In this document: positions 22,731 to 36,434 of the stretch, piece after piece
Numbering within the stretch: position 1 is the stretch's first letter
Layout of the letters: the number at the start of each line of letters is the position of its first letter
Origin: Centroscyllium fabricii
Lineage: Eukaryota
Reading direction: 5' to 3'
Length of the DNA stretch: 64,000 nt
Assembly (NCBI GenBank): GCA_051313645.2
Contig: JBNRSN020000002.1
Span: forward strand, 319,734,001-319,798,000
The notes under the pieces: generated by a model
Told to the model about the DNA's origin: nothing
The model's input: the letters and a program-made list of their open reading frames with translations, nothing else
Database searches by the model: none
Made by a program: the position numbers and the translations under genes

Positions 22731-25248
22731 ATGGATCATTGTCTCCTGAAGCCAGAGCGCTTGAAATTGGACCCACAGGCTGCAGAAGCATCGGGCCGAT
22801 TTGGACACTGGCTCAAATGCTTTGAGCTCTTCGCTGAGGCCTCAGCGGCCAGTGAACAGGACAAACTCACCTTACTCACAACACGTGTAAGTCACAGAAC
22901 CTACTCTCTTATACGGGACATAGAAACATAGAATAAACATAGAAGATAGGAGCAGGAGTAGGCCATTCGGCCCCTCGAGCCTGCTCCGCCATTCAATGAG
23001 ATCATGGCTGATCATTCAAAGTCAGTACCCTGTCCCTGCCTTCTCCCCGTATCCCTTGATCCCTCTAGCCTTAAGAAATACATCCAGCTCCTTCTTGAAT
23101 ATATTCAATGAACTAGCCTCCACCGCCCTCTGTGGTAGAGAATTCCACAGGTTCACCACTCTCTGGGTGAAGAAATTCCTCCTCATCTCTGTCCTAAATG
23201 AGTTACCCCTTATCTTTAGACTATGACCCCTGGTTCTGGACTCTCCGACCATCAGGAACATTCTTCCTGCATCAAGTTTGTCCAGACCAGTTAGAATTTT
23301 ACACGTTTCGATGAGATCCCCTCTCAATCTTCTAAACTCCAGAGAGTGCAAACCCAGTCTACCCAGTCTCTCCTCATACGTCAATCCTGCCATCCCAGGT
23401 ATCAGCCTGGTGAATCTCCTCTGCACTCCCTCCATGGCAAGAACGTCCTTCCTTAGATAAGGAGACCAAAACTGCACACAGTACTCAAGGTGTGGTCTCA
23501 CCAAGGCCCTGTACAACTGCAGCAAGACCTCCCTGTTCCTGTACTCGAACCCTTTCGCTATGAAGGCCAACATACCATTTGCCTTCTGAACCGCCTGCTG
23601 CACCTGCATGCTCACCTTCAGTGACTGGTGCACCAGGACACCCAGGTCTCGTTGTACTTCCCCTTCTCCCAATCTATTGCCATTCAGATAATCGTCGGCA
23701 TTTCTGTTTTTTCCCCCAAAATGGATAACCTCGCATTTATCCACATTATACTGCACCTGCCATGTCTCAGCCCACTCGCCCAACCTGTCCAAATCATCCT
23801 GGAGCTTCCTGGTATCCTTCTCGCAGCACACACGCCCTCCCAGCTTTGTGTCATCTGCAAACTTGGAGACATTACACTTAGTTCCCTTTTCTAAATCATT
23901 AATGTATATTGTATAGACATTAATGATGTACCGCATCCTACACGGAGGTTATCACTCGCCTAAAGGCTCAGTACCAGAAGCCTGTGCATGAAGTGTACGC
24001 CAGGCATCTGCTGGCTACACGCAAGCAGCGATCGGAAGAGTCAACGGACGTATTCCTGCAAGCGCTGAAGGACTTGGGCAGGGACTGTAACTGTAAGGCC
24101 ATGTCGGCTGAGGTCCACCTCGATGAACTGGTCCGCGATTCGTTCATCGCGGGCCTTAAATCCAATTACATTCGGCAGCGGTTGCTGGAACAAGAGAAAC
24201 TGGAGCTGAAACAGGCGGTGGCCACTACACAAGTTCTGGACGTGGCACAGAAGAACTCGGACGCGTACTCTACAGGCCATGCGGCCCACACCGCCTCGTG
24301 CGCTCCGATCGGGCCGCCACCTTGGGAACCCCGAACCAGCTCGACCAACGCTACCCTGACTGGATCACCACAAAGAAATCCTCCCAGGAACCACACCACA
24401 GCAGCTATGGTGAGAGGAGGCCCGAGATGCTACTTCTGCGGGCAGACAAAACACCCCCGCCAACATTGCCCCGCGAAAGACGGCACTTGCTTCAACTGTA
24501 AAAAGAAAGGACATTTTAGCAAGGTATGCAAGGAGCACAAACTCCGCGTCCGCCACGTGTGCGCCATGCGGGCCGCCATCTTGGGATCACCCATCGTGGG
24601 AGCTGCCATCTTGTCTCTCCGCCGCGTGGGTGCAAAGGGGGCCGCCATCTTGGAATCAGCCATCTTATGATGATCAACCACCATCTTGTCTCTAGGCCCG
24701 ATGGTGGCATCGATTACTGTGGACCAGTTGAAGTCGCACCCACTGACAAAGGCGATGATGGATATCCAGGTAAATGGGTACACAACGAAATGCCTGATTG
24801 ACTGCGGGAGCACAGAAAGCTTTATCCACCCTAGCCTGGTATGCCGCCTCGCACTAACAACAATCCCGGCGCAGGGCAAAATAGCTATCGCAGCGAAGTC
24901 GCACACTTTGGACATCACCGGCTGCTGTGTGGTGACCGTGACAGTGAAGGGCGCAGACTATAAGGACTTCAAACTCCTGGTAATGCATGAACTTTGTGTC
25001 GATGTGATCCTGGGCCTGGACTTCCAGTGCCATCACCAGAGCGTCACGCTAGCATATGGGGGGGGTCCCAGCCGCCACTCACAGTCTGTGGACTGTTGAC
25101 CCTAAAAATCAACCCACCCTCGCTATTCGCAAACCTAACCCCTAACTGCAGGCCCATAGCAACCAAAAGCAGGTGCTACAGTATGGAGGATAGGCGCTTC
25201 ATCAAGGCGGAAGTGGACAGACTCCTGCAGGAGGGCATAATTGCGTGA
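22731..25248 (+). pseudogene. Gypsy-type gag-protease-start of RT, interrupted by CR1 and 3'-truncated
   Basis: LKPERLKLDP..F.HW.KCF; YARHLLATRKQ..ES.D.FL; IRQRLLE; two CCHC knuckles (CYFCGQTKHPRQHC, CFNCKKKGHFSKVC); protease LIDCGSTESF..ILGLDF; PIATKSR.YS..D..FI..EV..LL.EGII. Confidence 0.85.
22918..23915 (-). mobile_element. 5'-truncated CR1 LINE inserted in gag
   Basis: ORF 23022-23936 IYINDL..SKFADDTKL..RPHLEYCVQFWSP..TRGH..FFTQRVVNLWNSLP; tail (CATAGAAA)n on + strand. Confidence 0.95.
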
Positions 25249-25323
25249 ATCCCGTGGTCATCCAGGGAAATTTGAATGGTGGATTTAAAAAGATTCTTAA
25301 GGGTCTGCCAACTACCTGATAAT

Positions 25324-26062
25324 GGCCCAGGTATTCGGGTCGGAGGCTTCCCGCACTTATCTAGCTAGCCGGCCGTTGAGCTGTGGGCCTGTGTGGGATT
25401 CTGATCCTGGGCTTCCACTAATTGCCGGCGAGCAGTGCTTGCATATCCCAGGAGCGCAGTTAGTTCGAAGCGTCCCCTGGGATCACATGGGTCATGGAGA
25501 GCCAATGGTAGCAGGGAATCTCTATTCATAGATTTGACAGGAGACCTGTCAAAACTATGAAAACAATTCAGCCCCAAAACATATCTAAGACTTCAAATAA
25601 TTTTTTTTAAATCACAGTTTTAAAATAAAATATAAATGACATAAAATAACTATTTTAAACATAATTTAAATTTTTGAAAAAATTAATTACACTTTCTAAC
25701 GGGGCTAAACATAAACTTACCTTTCTTTAAAGTATTTAAAAATAATAAACTTGTGGAAAAAATGTTTTAATATTACTTAATTCACCACTTACCTTGTTAA
25801 AATCAGGCCTTATGACTGCTTTTTACATGCGTAGCTGCTGGAGACTTACCCTCCCGGAAAAACCTGGAAAAAGAACGGGAGTTCCAGGCGTACGCACTGC
25901 CTCTCCGGCGCACGCGTTCGACCTGTGAACCCCTTCCTTTAAGGGAACGGAAGTTCTGGCTTCCCGCGCATGCGCAGTGCATGCACGAAACTGGCACTTT
26001 CGTTGGGCCTATGCGTGAGTACCCAGTGCGTACTCACCCGTGGGGACCCGAATTTCTCGGCC
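25324..26062. mobile_element. Harbinger MITE (739 bp)
   Basis: TIRs GGCCCAGGTATTCGGGTC / GACCCGAATTTCTCGGCC; TSD AAT on both sides; related in reverse orientation to 51959-52711. Confidence 0.85.
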
Positions 26063-27726
26063 AATGATTTAAGTTGGCTCGCCTGCCTCTACCGTTCGGA
26101 TCACTGTCGCGCCAGCAAACATGCCGGCCCGCTCCAAGATATTGCAAATTTCCCACCTGACTCCCTCAGATCACGCCCGCACAGACCCCAGAAAATTCCA
26201 GCCAATATGTTCTCTGCCTTTTCTGCTTTGCTCAGTAATTTCAGAATTGTAATTCAAAAAAAGATGACAGTAGCTTCAAAAGTGTGTTTTTCTTTAAAGA
26301 AAGGGTGAACTTGCATTTATATAGTGTCTCTCATGCCCCAGTGCTTCCCAAAGCACTTTCTAATCAATAAAGTACTTCAGAAGTGTAGTTACTCTATTGT
26401 CGGAAAGATCTGTGTGTTAAAAGGTGCCTATTGACAGGAACAGGCAGGTGCTCTGGGCACCCAGTGGTAGACCCCTTTCAAAATGTTTCCAGCCTCTTTG
26501 TCGGTGTTAGCGGGGCAGAAAGACTACCGACCCCATTTTGAAACTGTTACTGCCCTGCTAACGCCAGGTGGTAAGTGAAAATTGGCCATATGTGTGGATG
26601 GCTATAGGTGTAGTGTTCTCCAACAAGCAAAAATGGCAGATATTTGTAAGTTATCACAGAGGTGGTATGTCACAGTCAAACGTTTATAGGCCCTGAAAGA
26701 TAGGGTTGGAAATTGGGCTACAACACTAATCAGATTACCTGACCCATGCTTTTTTGAGTGTGACTCCCCACCAGGATGGTAGAAGGCGAACTAGATAGAT
26801 GGGCCTTGCTCTTTCTCGTCTAGGAATTTCTATGTTCCTATGTACCAGACATGCCTATTTTGGATTCAGTCACCTTCTCAGGATTCTCAAGAGCAAGGAG
26901 TTCCATCACAGATTTCTTTAGATGTCTATGTCTTTCTGTCAGTGAAGTTCATGGCTTCATTATTAAAGGAGGGTGTTTTGTTTGGTTGTCTTAACATCAT
27001 GGGACTGTTTCTTCACCTGCTGCTAAATTCTTCATTTGGTGAGCTCCTGCTCAACCAATTTGTTATCTTCTCCCAAGCATGTTTCCAGGTACATAGATTT
27101 TGTGTGGCAGTGTGATTCTGAAGACCACGACCCTCTTGAAAATGAAGGAGAGTTTTGGGTCTGCAGATTCTGATCAATACTTCCAGATTACTGTATTAAT
27201 TGCATGTTATAAGGGTCAAGGGGCTTATTTCCAGCAATTTAAGGTGCTAAGCTGTAGTTATTGCAGTTCAGGTCCAAATGGTAGCTTACATTCGCAAAGG
27301 CAGGTATCAAGCTGCCGCTGATCTTCTGCATTCTGCTGTGTTTGGGAGTTGTATGGATTGCAAGAACAACTTCTCCATTAAGGGACCTAATGGATAGCAT
27401 CAGAGGCTGGTGCAAGGAAGCAGAGGCGCGGAACGGCTGTACTTAAGGAGAGCCCAAGGCAGCAATAAGGCATATCAACCCAGGTTCCAGGGAGGAAGCA
27501 AAAAGTATTCATAGTGTGATGTCAGCAAAAAGCAGGTAAGTGATTGGCTGGTGAGTATTTTACTTTATTTTCTTTCTCTACTTTTCTAAACTTAAATTTT
27601 TGTGGTTTCTAAGGTCTCTGGAGTAGCGGGGACTACTGTCAAGCAAGGGCCTTTGAATATAGCATTTAATTAAAGTGAAATTGGTGGGATTCATTTAATT
27701 TTAATTAATTAATTAAAGGGGAAGTC

Positions 27727-28677
27727 ATGGCAGCACAGCTCAGCACTGTAGTTTGCTCCTCCTGCTCTATGTGGGAAATCAGGGACACTCCCAGTGTCCC
27801 TGATAACTATGTGTGCAGGAAGTGTGTCCATCTACAGCAACTGACAGACCGCATTGTGGTGCTGGAGCTGCAGATGGATACATTCTGGAGCATTCACGCT
27901 GCTGAGGACCTTGTGGATAGCACACTTAGGGAGTTGGTCACACCGAAGTTAAAGGGTGTTCAGGCAGGAAGGGAATGGGTGACCGCCAAGCAGAGTAAGA
28001 GGTGCAGGCAGGTAGTGCAGGAGTACCCTGTGGTCATCCCCCTCTCAAACAGATATACTGCATTGGATACTGTTGGGGAGGATGACCTACCAGGGGAGGG
28101 CAGCAGCAGCCAACTTCCTGGCACCATGGGTGGCTCTGCTGCACAGGCTGGGAGGAAAAAGAGGGGATGAGCTCTAGTGATAGGGTACTCAATTGTAAGG
28201 GGAATAGATATGCGTTTCTGCGGCCGCAAACGAGACTCCAGGATGGTATGTTGCCTCCCTGGTGCAAGGGTCAAGGATGTCTCGGAGCAGCTACAGAACA
28301 TTTTGGAGGGGGATGGAGAACAGCCAGTTGTCATGGTGCACATAGGCAGCAACGATATAGGTAAAAAATGGGATGAAGTCCTAAAAGAAGAATATAGGGA
28401 GTTAGGAGGTAAATTAAAAAATAGGACCTCAAAGGTAGTAATCTCAGGATTGCTACCAGTGCCACGTGCTAGTCAGAGTAGAAATAGGAGGATATTACAA
28501 ATGAATACGTGGCTAGAGGAATGGTGCAAGGGGGAGGGATTCAAATTCCTTGGACATTGGAACCGGTTCTGGGGAAGGTGGGACCAGTACAAAAGGAATG
28601 GTTTGTACCTGGGCAGGGCCGGGACTGATGTCCAAGGGGGAGTGTTTGCTAGTGCTGTTGGGGAGGATTTAAACTAA
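27727..28677 (+). pseudogene. CR1 ORF1 (zinc finger/leucine zipper + esterase), frameshifted
   Basis: ORFs 27727-28170 and 28177-28677. Confidence 0.85.
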
Positions 28678-28837
28678 GTGGCAGGGGGTTGGGAACCTGA
28701 GCAGGGAGACAGAAGAAAGGGAAACAAGAATAAAAGCAAAAGACAGAAAGGAGAAAAGCAAAATTAGAAGGCAGAGAAATCAACGGGTTAAATAAAACAT
28801 GGTCACAGGAAATAATAATTAATATAGGTCTGAGAGC

Positions 28838-31663
28838 ATGAAAAAAACAAGCCTGAAGGCTTTGTGTCTTAATGCAAGGAGCATTCGGAACAAGGTAGAT
28901 GAATTAGCTGCGGAAATAGAGGTAAACAAACATGATTTGATTGGGATTACAGAAACATGGCTCCAGGGTGGCCAAGACTGGGAACTCAACATCCAGGGGT
29001 ATTCAATATTTAGGAAGGATAGGCAAAAAAGAAAGGGAGGTGGGATAGCATTGCTGGTTAAAGAGGGGATTAACACAATTGAAAGAAAGGATATTAACTC
29101 TGATGATGCGCAATCTGTATGGGTAGACCTGAGAAATAGCAAGGTGCAGAAAACGTTAGTGGCAGTGGTATATAGACCTCCAAACAGTAATACGGAGGTT
29201 GGGGACGGCATAAAAAGGGATATTAGAGAAGCATGCAGTAAGGGCACAGCTGTCATCATGGGTGACTTTAATTTACATATAGATTGGGCTAGTCAAATTA
29301 GTAAAAATACTGTTGAGGAGGAATTCCTAGAATGTTTACGGGATGGTTATCTGGAACAATATGTCGAGGAACCAGGCAGAGATCAAGCCATATTAGACTG
29401 GGTATTATGTTATGAGAAAGGATTAATTAGCAATCTTGTTGTACGATGCCCCTTGGGTCAGAGCGATCACAATTTGACAGAATTCTTCATTAGGATGGAG
29501 GGCGAAGTAGTTGACTCAGAGACGAGGGTCCTGAATTTAAATAAAGGAAACTACGATGGTATGAGGCGCAAATTGGGTCGGATCGATTGGGGAATGTAAC
29601 TCAAAGGGTTGACGGTGGATAGGCAATGGCAAACATTCAAAGACCGCATGGATGAACTACAGAATTTGTTCATCCCAGTTTGGCATAAGAATAAAACAAA
29701 AAGGGTGACTCAACCGTGACTAACAAGGGAAATTAGGGATAGCATAAGATCCAAGGAGAGGGCATATAAATTGGCCAGAAAAAGTGGTAACCCTGAGGAT
29801 TGGGAGCAGTTTAGGATTCAACAAAGGAGGACAAAGGGATTAATTAAGAAGGGGAAAATAGAATATGAAAGTGGGCTTGCAGGGAACATAAAAACTGACT
29901 GTAAGAGCTTTTATAGATATGTGAAGAGAAAAAGATTAGTGAAATCAAGTGTAGGTGCCTTGCAGTCAGAAAGGGGGGGGGAAGTTATAATGGGGAACAA
30001 AGAAATGGCAGACCAATTAAATGCATATTTTGGTTCTGTCTTCTCAAAGGAGAACACAAATAACCTCCCAGAGATGTTGGAGAGCATAGGGTCTGATGAA
30101 AGGGAGGAACTGAAAGAAATCAGTATTTGTAGGAAAATGGTGTTAGGGAAATTGATGGGATTAAAGGCTGATAAATCCCCAGGGCCGGATAATCTACATC
30201 CTAAGGTACTTAAGGAATTGGCCCCAGAAATAGTAGATGCATTACTGATCATCTTTCAACATTTGCTGGAACTGGAACTGTACCCATGGATTGGAGGGTA
30301 GCTAATGTTACCCCACTATTCAAAAAGGGTGGTAGAGAGAAAGTGGGGAATTACAGATTGGTAAGCCTGACACCGGCAGTGGGGGAAAATTCTAGAGTCC
30401 ATTATAAAGGATGTAATAGCTGAGCACTTGGAAAACAGTGACAGGATTGGACAAAGTCAACATGGATTTAGTAAAGGTAAATCATGCTTGACTAATCTAC
30501 TGGAGTTTCTTGAGGATGTAACTGGGAAAATAGATAGGAGAGAACCAGTAGATGTGGTGTATTTGGACTTTCAAAAGGCTTTCGATAAGGTCCTGCATAA
30601 GAGATTAGCATGTAAAGTTAAGGCACATGGGATTGGGGGCAAGGTAATTACTTGGACAGAGAACTGGTTGGCGGACAGAAAGCAGAGAGTAGGAAGTAAC
30701 GGGTCTTTTTCCGAGTGGCAGGCCGTGACTAGTGGGGTACCGCAGGGATCGGTCCTTGGACCCCAGCTATTCACAATATACAGTAATGATCTAGATAAGG
30801 GAACTAGATGTAATATCTCCAAGTTTGTAGATGACACAAAGCTGGGTGTGCGAGTGTGCTGCAAGGAAGATACCAAAAAACTACAGGATGATTTGGACAG
30901 GTTGGGAGATTGGGCAGAAGCATGGCAGATGCAATATAACGTGGATAAATGCGAGGTTATCCACTTTGGTGTCAAAAGCAGAAAGGCAGACTATTATCTG
31001 AATGGAAATAGATTGGGAGACGGGGAGGTGCAACGAGACCGAGGCGTTCTTGTGCACCAGTCGTTGAAGGTAAGCATGCAGGTGCAGCAGGTGGTGAAGA
31101 AGGCAAATGGTATGTTGGCCTTCATAGCGAAAGGGTTTGAGTACAGGAACAAGGATGTCCTGCTACAGTTGTACAGGGCCTTGGTGAGACCACACCTTGG
31201 GTACTGTGTGCAGTTTTGGTCGTCTTATCTGAGGAAGGATGTTCTTGCCATGGAAGGAGTTCAGCGAAGGTTCACAAGGCAGATACTTGGGATGGCAGGA
31301 ATAACGTATGAGGAGAGATTGGGTCGATTAGGCTTATACTCGCTGGAGTTTAGAAGAATGAGAGAGGATCTCATCGAAACTCATAAAATTCTGACAGTTC
31401 TGGACAAACTAGACGCAGGAAGAATGTTCCCGATGGTCGGAGAGTCCAGAACCAGGGGGCACAGTCTAAGGATAAGGGGTAGGCCATTCAGGACAGAGAT
31501 GAGGAGGAATTTCTTCACCCAGAGAGTGGTGAACCTGTGGAATTCTCTACCACAGAATGTAGTTGAGGCCAAGTCATTAAATATATTCAAGAAGGAGTTA
31601 GATATAGTTCTAAGAGCTAAAGGTATCAAGGGATATGGGGAGAAGGCAGGTACGGGGTACTGA
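28838..31663 (+). pseudogene. CR1 ORF2 (APE endonuclease + RT), several stops/frameshifts
   Basis: LNARSI, ITETWL, YRPP, MGDFN, SDH; [30 protein letters not shown]. Confidence 0.95.
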
Positions 31664-33681
31664 GTTTGGATGATCAGCCATGATCTTATCGAATGGCGGA
31701 GCAGGCTCGAGGGGCCGAATGGCCTATTCCTGCTCCTATCTTCTATGTTTCTATGTTTCCAGCTTTCACAGAGGCCTACTGCTGGGCACCCAAAGTGCCT
31801 ACCTCAAACAAGCGGTAGGCCTCCTTACGATGCAAATTGGGGGCCAAATGACGTACATCAGTGGTGGTCCCAGGATGTGATGGTGGGGTACTCAGTGATG
31901 GTGGAGCCATTGAAGGCCATAAGGAATGTGGTTGGCACTTTCTTGGACATTAATAACCACAATGGGATATAGAACTGAGCGTCATTAAATCGAAATAGAT
32001 TTTGAATTGGATATTAATAACTTGACATTACTAAGTAGAACTTCATATGCTGATTAATAATTAGAATTGAACAAAATTTAAAACTTGATACTAATTACTG
32101 GAATACAAACATACAAAAATGACAGGCAGGAAAAGATCGGCTGGCTCATCAAGCCTGCGCCATACCACGATGGCTAGACCATCATGGTTAACCACTTCTT
32201 AACTCCCTTCACTTCCTCTGCCTGACACTCTGCAACCCCCCCATCCCCCACCCTCCCCTGACATATCCACCTGATTGCTTTTGCCTCTCCCAGGAGATTA
32301 CATGGCTAAGAAAAATCCCAGGGCCAATAAGGGAAAAAATACACTGTAAAATTCCTCTCTGACCCCCTCAAGCGATTGAAACCAATCTAGGAGATCACAT
32401 GGACCAAGTGTTATCCATAATTACACTTACCTTCTATATGATCCAACCTCTGCCCCAGTCAGGAACCGGTCCAGATCCCTCTTGAAGGCATACAGAGAGT
32501 CAACACCCACTATACCAACCGGAACTGTATTCCACAGGCTCACAATTCGGTGGGAAAAGAAGAACTGCCTAGCATCCAGTCTATTCCTAATCCTACATAG
32601 TTTAAACTCATGTCCCCTGGTCCTCCCCAATCTGCTAAATTGACAAACATTTAAAGAAATATTACAAAATTCTCAACAAATATACATTCCATTGTGGAAT
32701 AAAAACTGCACAGGAAAAGTGATCCATCTGTGGCTAACTGAAGAAGTTAAGGATAGTATTAGATTAAAAGAAGAGGCTTATAATGTTGCAAAGAATAGTA
32801 GTAAGCCTGAGGATTGGGAGAGCTTTAGAAACCAGCAAAGGATGATCAAAAAATTGATATAAAGGCAGAAAATAGAATGAGAATAAACTAGCAAGAAATA
32901 TAAGAAGATTAAGGAAGATTGTAAGAGTTTCTACAAGTATGCAAAAAAGGAGAGTAGCAAAAGTAAGCATTGGTCCCTTAGAGGCTGAGGCAGGAGAAAA
33001 TATAGTGGGGTACAAGGAAATGGTGAGACTTTAAACAAATATTTGTATCTGTCTTCACAGTAAAAGACACAAAAAGCATACCAAAAATAGTGAGGAACCA
33101 AGGGGCTAATCAGAGTGAGGAACTTAAAATAATTAATACCATTAGAGAAAAAGTACTTGAGAAACTAATAGGACTAAAAGCCGAAAAATCCCTTGGACCT
33201 GACGGCCTACATTCTAGCAGGGGGATTTTGATGTCCCCGTCAGGCAGGGTTTTGGGTGGCCGTAAGGTGAAAATCGGAAAATTTTGGTTCCCGCCCAAGC
33301 CCGCCCATTCCCCGCTGGCGGTGATGGTTGTTAAGGTCGTTAATTGCCATCTGTAGTCCCATTTTAAGGGCCCTTAGCCATTTTCAGGTGTTTCACGCAC
33401 AAAAGCCGCCAAGCTAAACCCCATCAGGTGAAACCCTTGTGCGAACTCACTCGGATTGCTGAGTATCTGTGGCCGGTCACTCAATGAAGGCTCACATTTA
33501 ATCAGCCATCATTCGCTTCCGCAACCACATTGTTGTCTCAGTCTTGGGGATACTTGCAACAGGCTTCAGCACACCTGTGGAAGGTTGCATCCTCAAACAC
33601 TTCTGCAGTGTGACCTGGGAAATCACACTCTCTTCCCCCCCCTCAGTCAGTGCTTCCTCAGTCGAGGCTGCCAGCACAGCC

Positions 33682-34998
33682 ATGGGAGCCATTTTCTTCC
33701 TTCCCTTCTTGGGATTACATGATCTACACCAGGAGCAGATGCGGCTACAGCAGCATCAGCAGCCACAGCCGGAGCCACCTCACCAGCAGGAGCCACACCA
33801 GGAGCCTGACGCTCCTGCGGACCCTCCGGGGGCAGCATGGGCCAGAAGGCATTGGCGCATCGAAGGCCGGCGCCGCAGAAGATACCCCCCAAACAGGGTC
33901 TATAGAATCCGAGCCACATACTTCAACATGAGTGAGCGGCGGTGCCAAAGGCGACTCCGACTTTCCCGAGAGGCAGTCACAGACATCTGCGCCATGCTGC
34001 AGCAGCAGCTGGAGCCCAGGACACCAGGTAGACATGCCTTACCAGTGGCCCTCAAAGTCACCACCACACTCAACTTCTTTGCCTCGGGCTCATTCCAGCG
34101 ACCAGCAGCTGACATCAACAGAATCTCCCAGTTGGCCGCACACTCCTGCATCACTCAGGTAACTGATGCCCTCTTTGCCCGCGCCCACAATTTCATCCAT
34201 TTCACCACGGATCGCGCAAGTGCGAGGGCCCAAGCCATTGGAATGGCTCGTCTGGCAGGCTTCCCAAGGGTGCAGGGCATCATTGACTGCACACATGTGG
34301 CCCTTAGGGCACCCACCGACAACCCAATTGCTTTTCTCAACCGCAAGGGCTTCCATTCGCTCAATGTTCAACTGGTGTGTGACCACAGGAAGGAGATTTT
34401 GCATGTGTGTGCCAGGTAAACTGGCAGCTGCCATGACTCCTTCGTCCTGCGCTACTCAACCTTGCCTACACTCTTCACACCGCCGGACGAGCTTCCGGGA
34501 TGGCTACTTGGAGACAAGGGCTATCCCCTCAGGACTTGGCTCATGACGCCGGTCAGGAGGCCAGCCAATGAGGCTGAGGAGAACTACAACTTCACACACA
34601 TCTCCACCAGAAGCATTATAGAGCACACCATTGGCTTGCTCAAGATGTGTTTCAGATGCTTGGACAGATCAGGTGGAGCCCTGCAATACTCCCCAGCCAG
34701 GGTCTCCAGAATGGTAGTGGTTTGCTGTCAACTTCACAACATGGCCCAGCGCCGTGGCTTGCAACTTGCTGACCAAGACTTGCCTCCTCGCATACCGTCC
34801 TCAGATGAGGAGGAGGAGGAGGAGGAAGAGGAGGAGGAAGAAGATGAGGAGGAAGAGGACGAGGAGGAAGAGGAAGAGGAGGAAGAAGAGGAAGAGGACG
34901 GGGTTGCTGCACCTCGACACCAGCCACCACCACCATTACGCGAGAACGTTGCTGCCCGGCAAGCAAGGATGGAGCTCATCCTTGCAAGATTTGCTTAG
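33682..34998 (+). pseudogene. Harbinger DDE transposase (HARBI1-like), one in-frame stop at 34417-34419
   Basis: [77 protein letters not shown]; Q-rich N-terminus and poly-E C-terminus. ORFs 33544-34419 and 34462-34998 are in the same frame. Confidence 0.92.
34804..34899 (+). repeat. (GAR)n acidic tract in transposase C-terminus
   Basis: GAGGAGGAA... encoding ~30 E/D residues. Confidence 0.9.
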
Positions 34999-36434
34999 CC
35001 TACTCAAGCCAGCTTGTGCTACTCTCATCATCCTAACAGCGCATCCTCACTGACACACTCCAATCAGTTGCATAGCTCATACCTGCATGACTCCCACTAC
35101 TGCAACTACATCTGTGTGTGTGTGGGGGGGGGGGGGTGCTTCTGGGGCTGCCAAGTGCCTGTGACTGCTTTCTGCGCTCGCGCATGCACCCACGCCTCTG
35201 ACGCACCACACATTTCATTGATGCACATGGTCCCATCCATCCATCACATGCAATAATGAACACAGAAACAATAAAGGTTGCAACTGCAGCATGCTGTTTT
35301 ATAACAACATTAAGCAACCATGGCCACATGCATGGTTGTTCAAATGGGGACTAGCACTTATGAATCACTGCATTAATGTTGTCCCAGCCATCTCAGCTGC
35401 AGACATGCAGGTTTAAATGGTCAAAAAGTCATTCTAAGCAATGCTGAACTTCAGCCAGTCCAGGTTTGAGCTTGCAAGGTCATATCCATTGTCAATCAGG
35501 GTCCCCCACTCTCACGTGGTGCCCCTTTTCAAGAGCAGCACAGATTCTGACCAACCATCGACTCTGCTGTGGGGGTCACAGTCAAATCGGGGTTCATGAA
35601 CAGCCAATCGAAACGGACAAACCTTCTGAGGTCATCAACGCCTTCATCTGAGAAGCTGAGAACAAGGAAAATGTACTGGAAAGTAATGGAGGCGATGTCG
35701 TTTTTTTTTCTGCAGGTGGGGCTGCTGTGCCTCCGACTTTCTTGGAGGTGCTTCAGGGCAGCGCACCCGGACGTGCACCAGGAGCTGTGGAGGGCGGTGA
35801 GTGACAATGTCTGGTGGGTCTGCACCCACCTGATTTCTTTTGATGTTTGAGAGCTGAGGCATGCTGGCACAAGGGCTCCTTGGCCATTCCATCAGGGTCA
35901 GGTGCTGTGAGGGGCCAGCTGCAGGCAGCTGATGTTGGATCCGTGGGTACTTTGGCCAGTTGGCCCATCTTTTCTTTGCCCACCTCCATCCGTGTGAAGT
36001 TAGTTTCGTTTTAAAGTTCAGCCGTGAGGCTTGTTTCCTGGTGGTCAGTGAACATCAGGAGGTTTTGCAGTTCACGTGGTCATCATTTGGACCAGACAGC
36101 GTTGACACAGTCCTTCTGGTCGCTGGTGTGCGTCACCATGAAGGTAGGCTGATTTCAAGGACCTTCACACTTAACCATTGAGTGAGAGTCTGTTATTGAA
36201 CCTCATGCGTCTTGCTGTAAATCCTTCTGCCATGTTGCGTCTGCATCCTTGCATATCTGTGAGGCCTGCCCAATTGCTGTCCAGCCTGCATAAGGCATCA
36301 ATGTGGAAGGGCCATTCGCGAGATGGCAGACATGACAACTGCATCAGGTGCCACCTGCAGAGGTCTGCTGTCTGAGCAGCACCATGGACACCTGAATCTC
36401 TGTTACACTAAAACCCAAGTGACTCCCGTTGTGC

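Larger units (their letters stand above)
21467..26203. mobile_element. Non-autonomous Harbinger element hosting a stack of later insertions
   Basis: Ends GGCCGGAAGTTT / GAAAATTCCAGCC with TSD AAT (21464-66, 26204-06). MADF remnant MTAQRQRAAPRFSDD (21758-21855) resumes at ~22390-22474. Confidence 0.7.
27400..31758 (+). mobile_element. Near full-length CR1 LINE (ORF1 + ORF2, inactivated)
   Basis: ORF1 27727-28677 has CxxC..CxxC/leucine zipper and an SGNH-esterase (GYSIVR, CLPGA, HIGSND) with a frameshift. ORF2 28838-31663 is APE+RT with stops. Tail CTATGTTTCTATGTTT. Confidence 0.95.

Noticed and set aside
22996-23226. Antisense ORFs over CR1 (also 30571-30975, 31381-31629, 47122-47544)
   Set aside because: Common shadow ORFs of CR1 ORF2; no independent evidence.
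26840-27330. Host exon or processed pseudogene
   Set aside because: No recognisable motif, stops in candidate frames, and no convincing splice pair.
33682-34998. Domesticated host HARBI1 gene
   Set aside because: It sits inside a TIR-bounded element inserted in a CR1, is paired with a MADF gene and has a nonsense codon.
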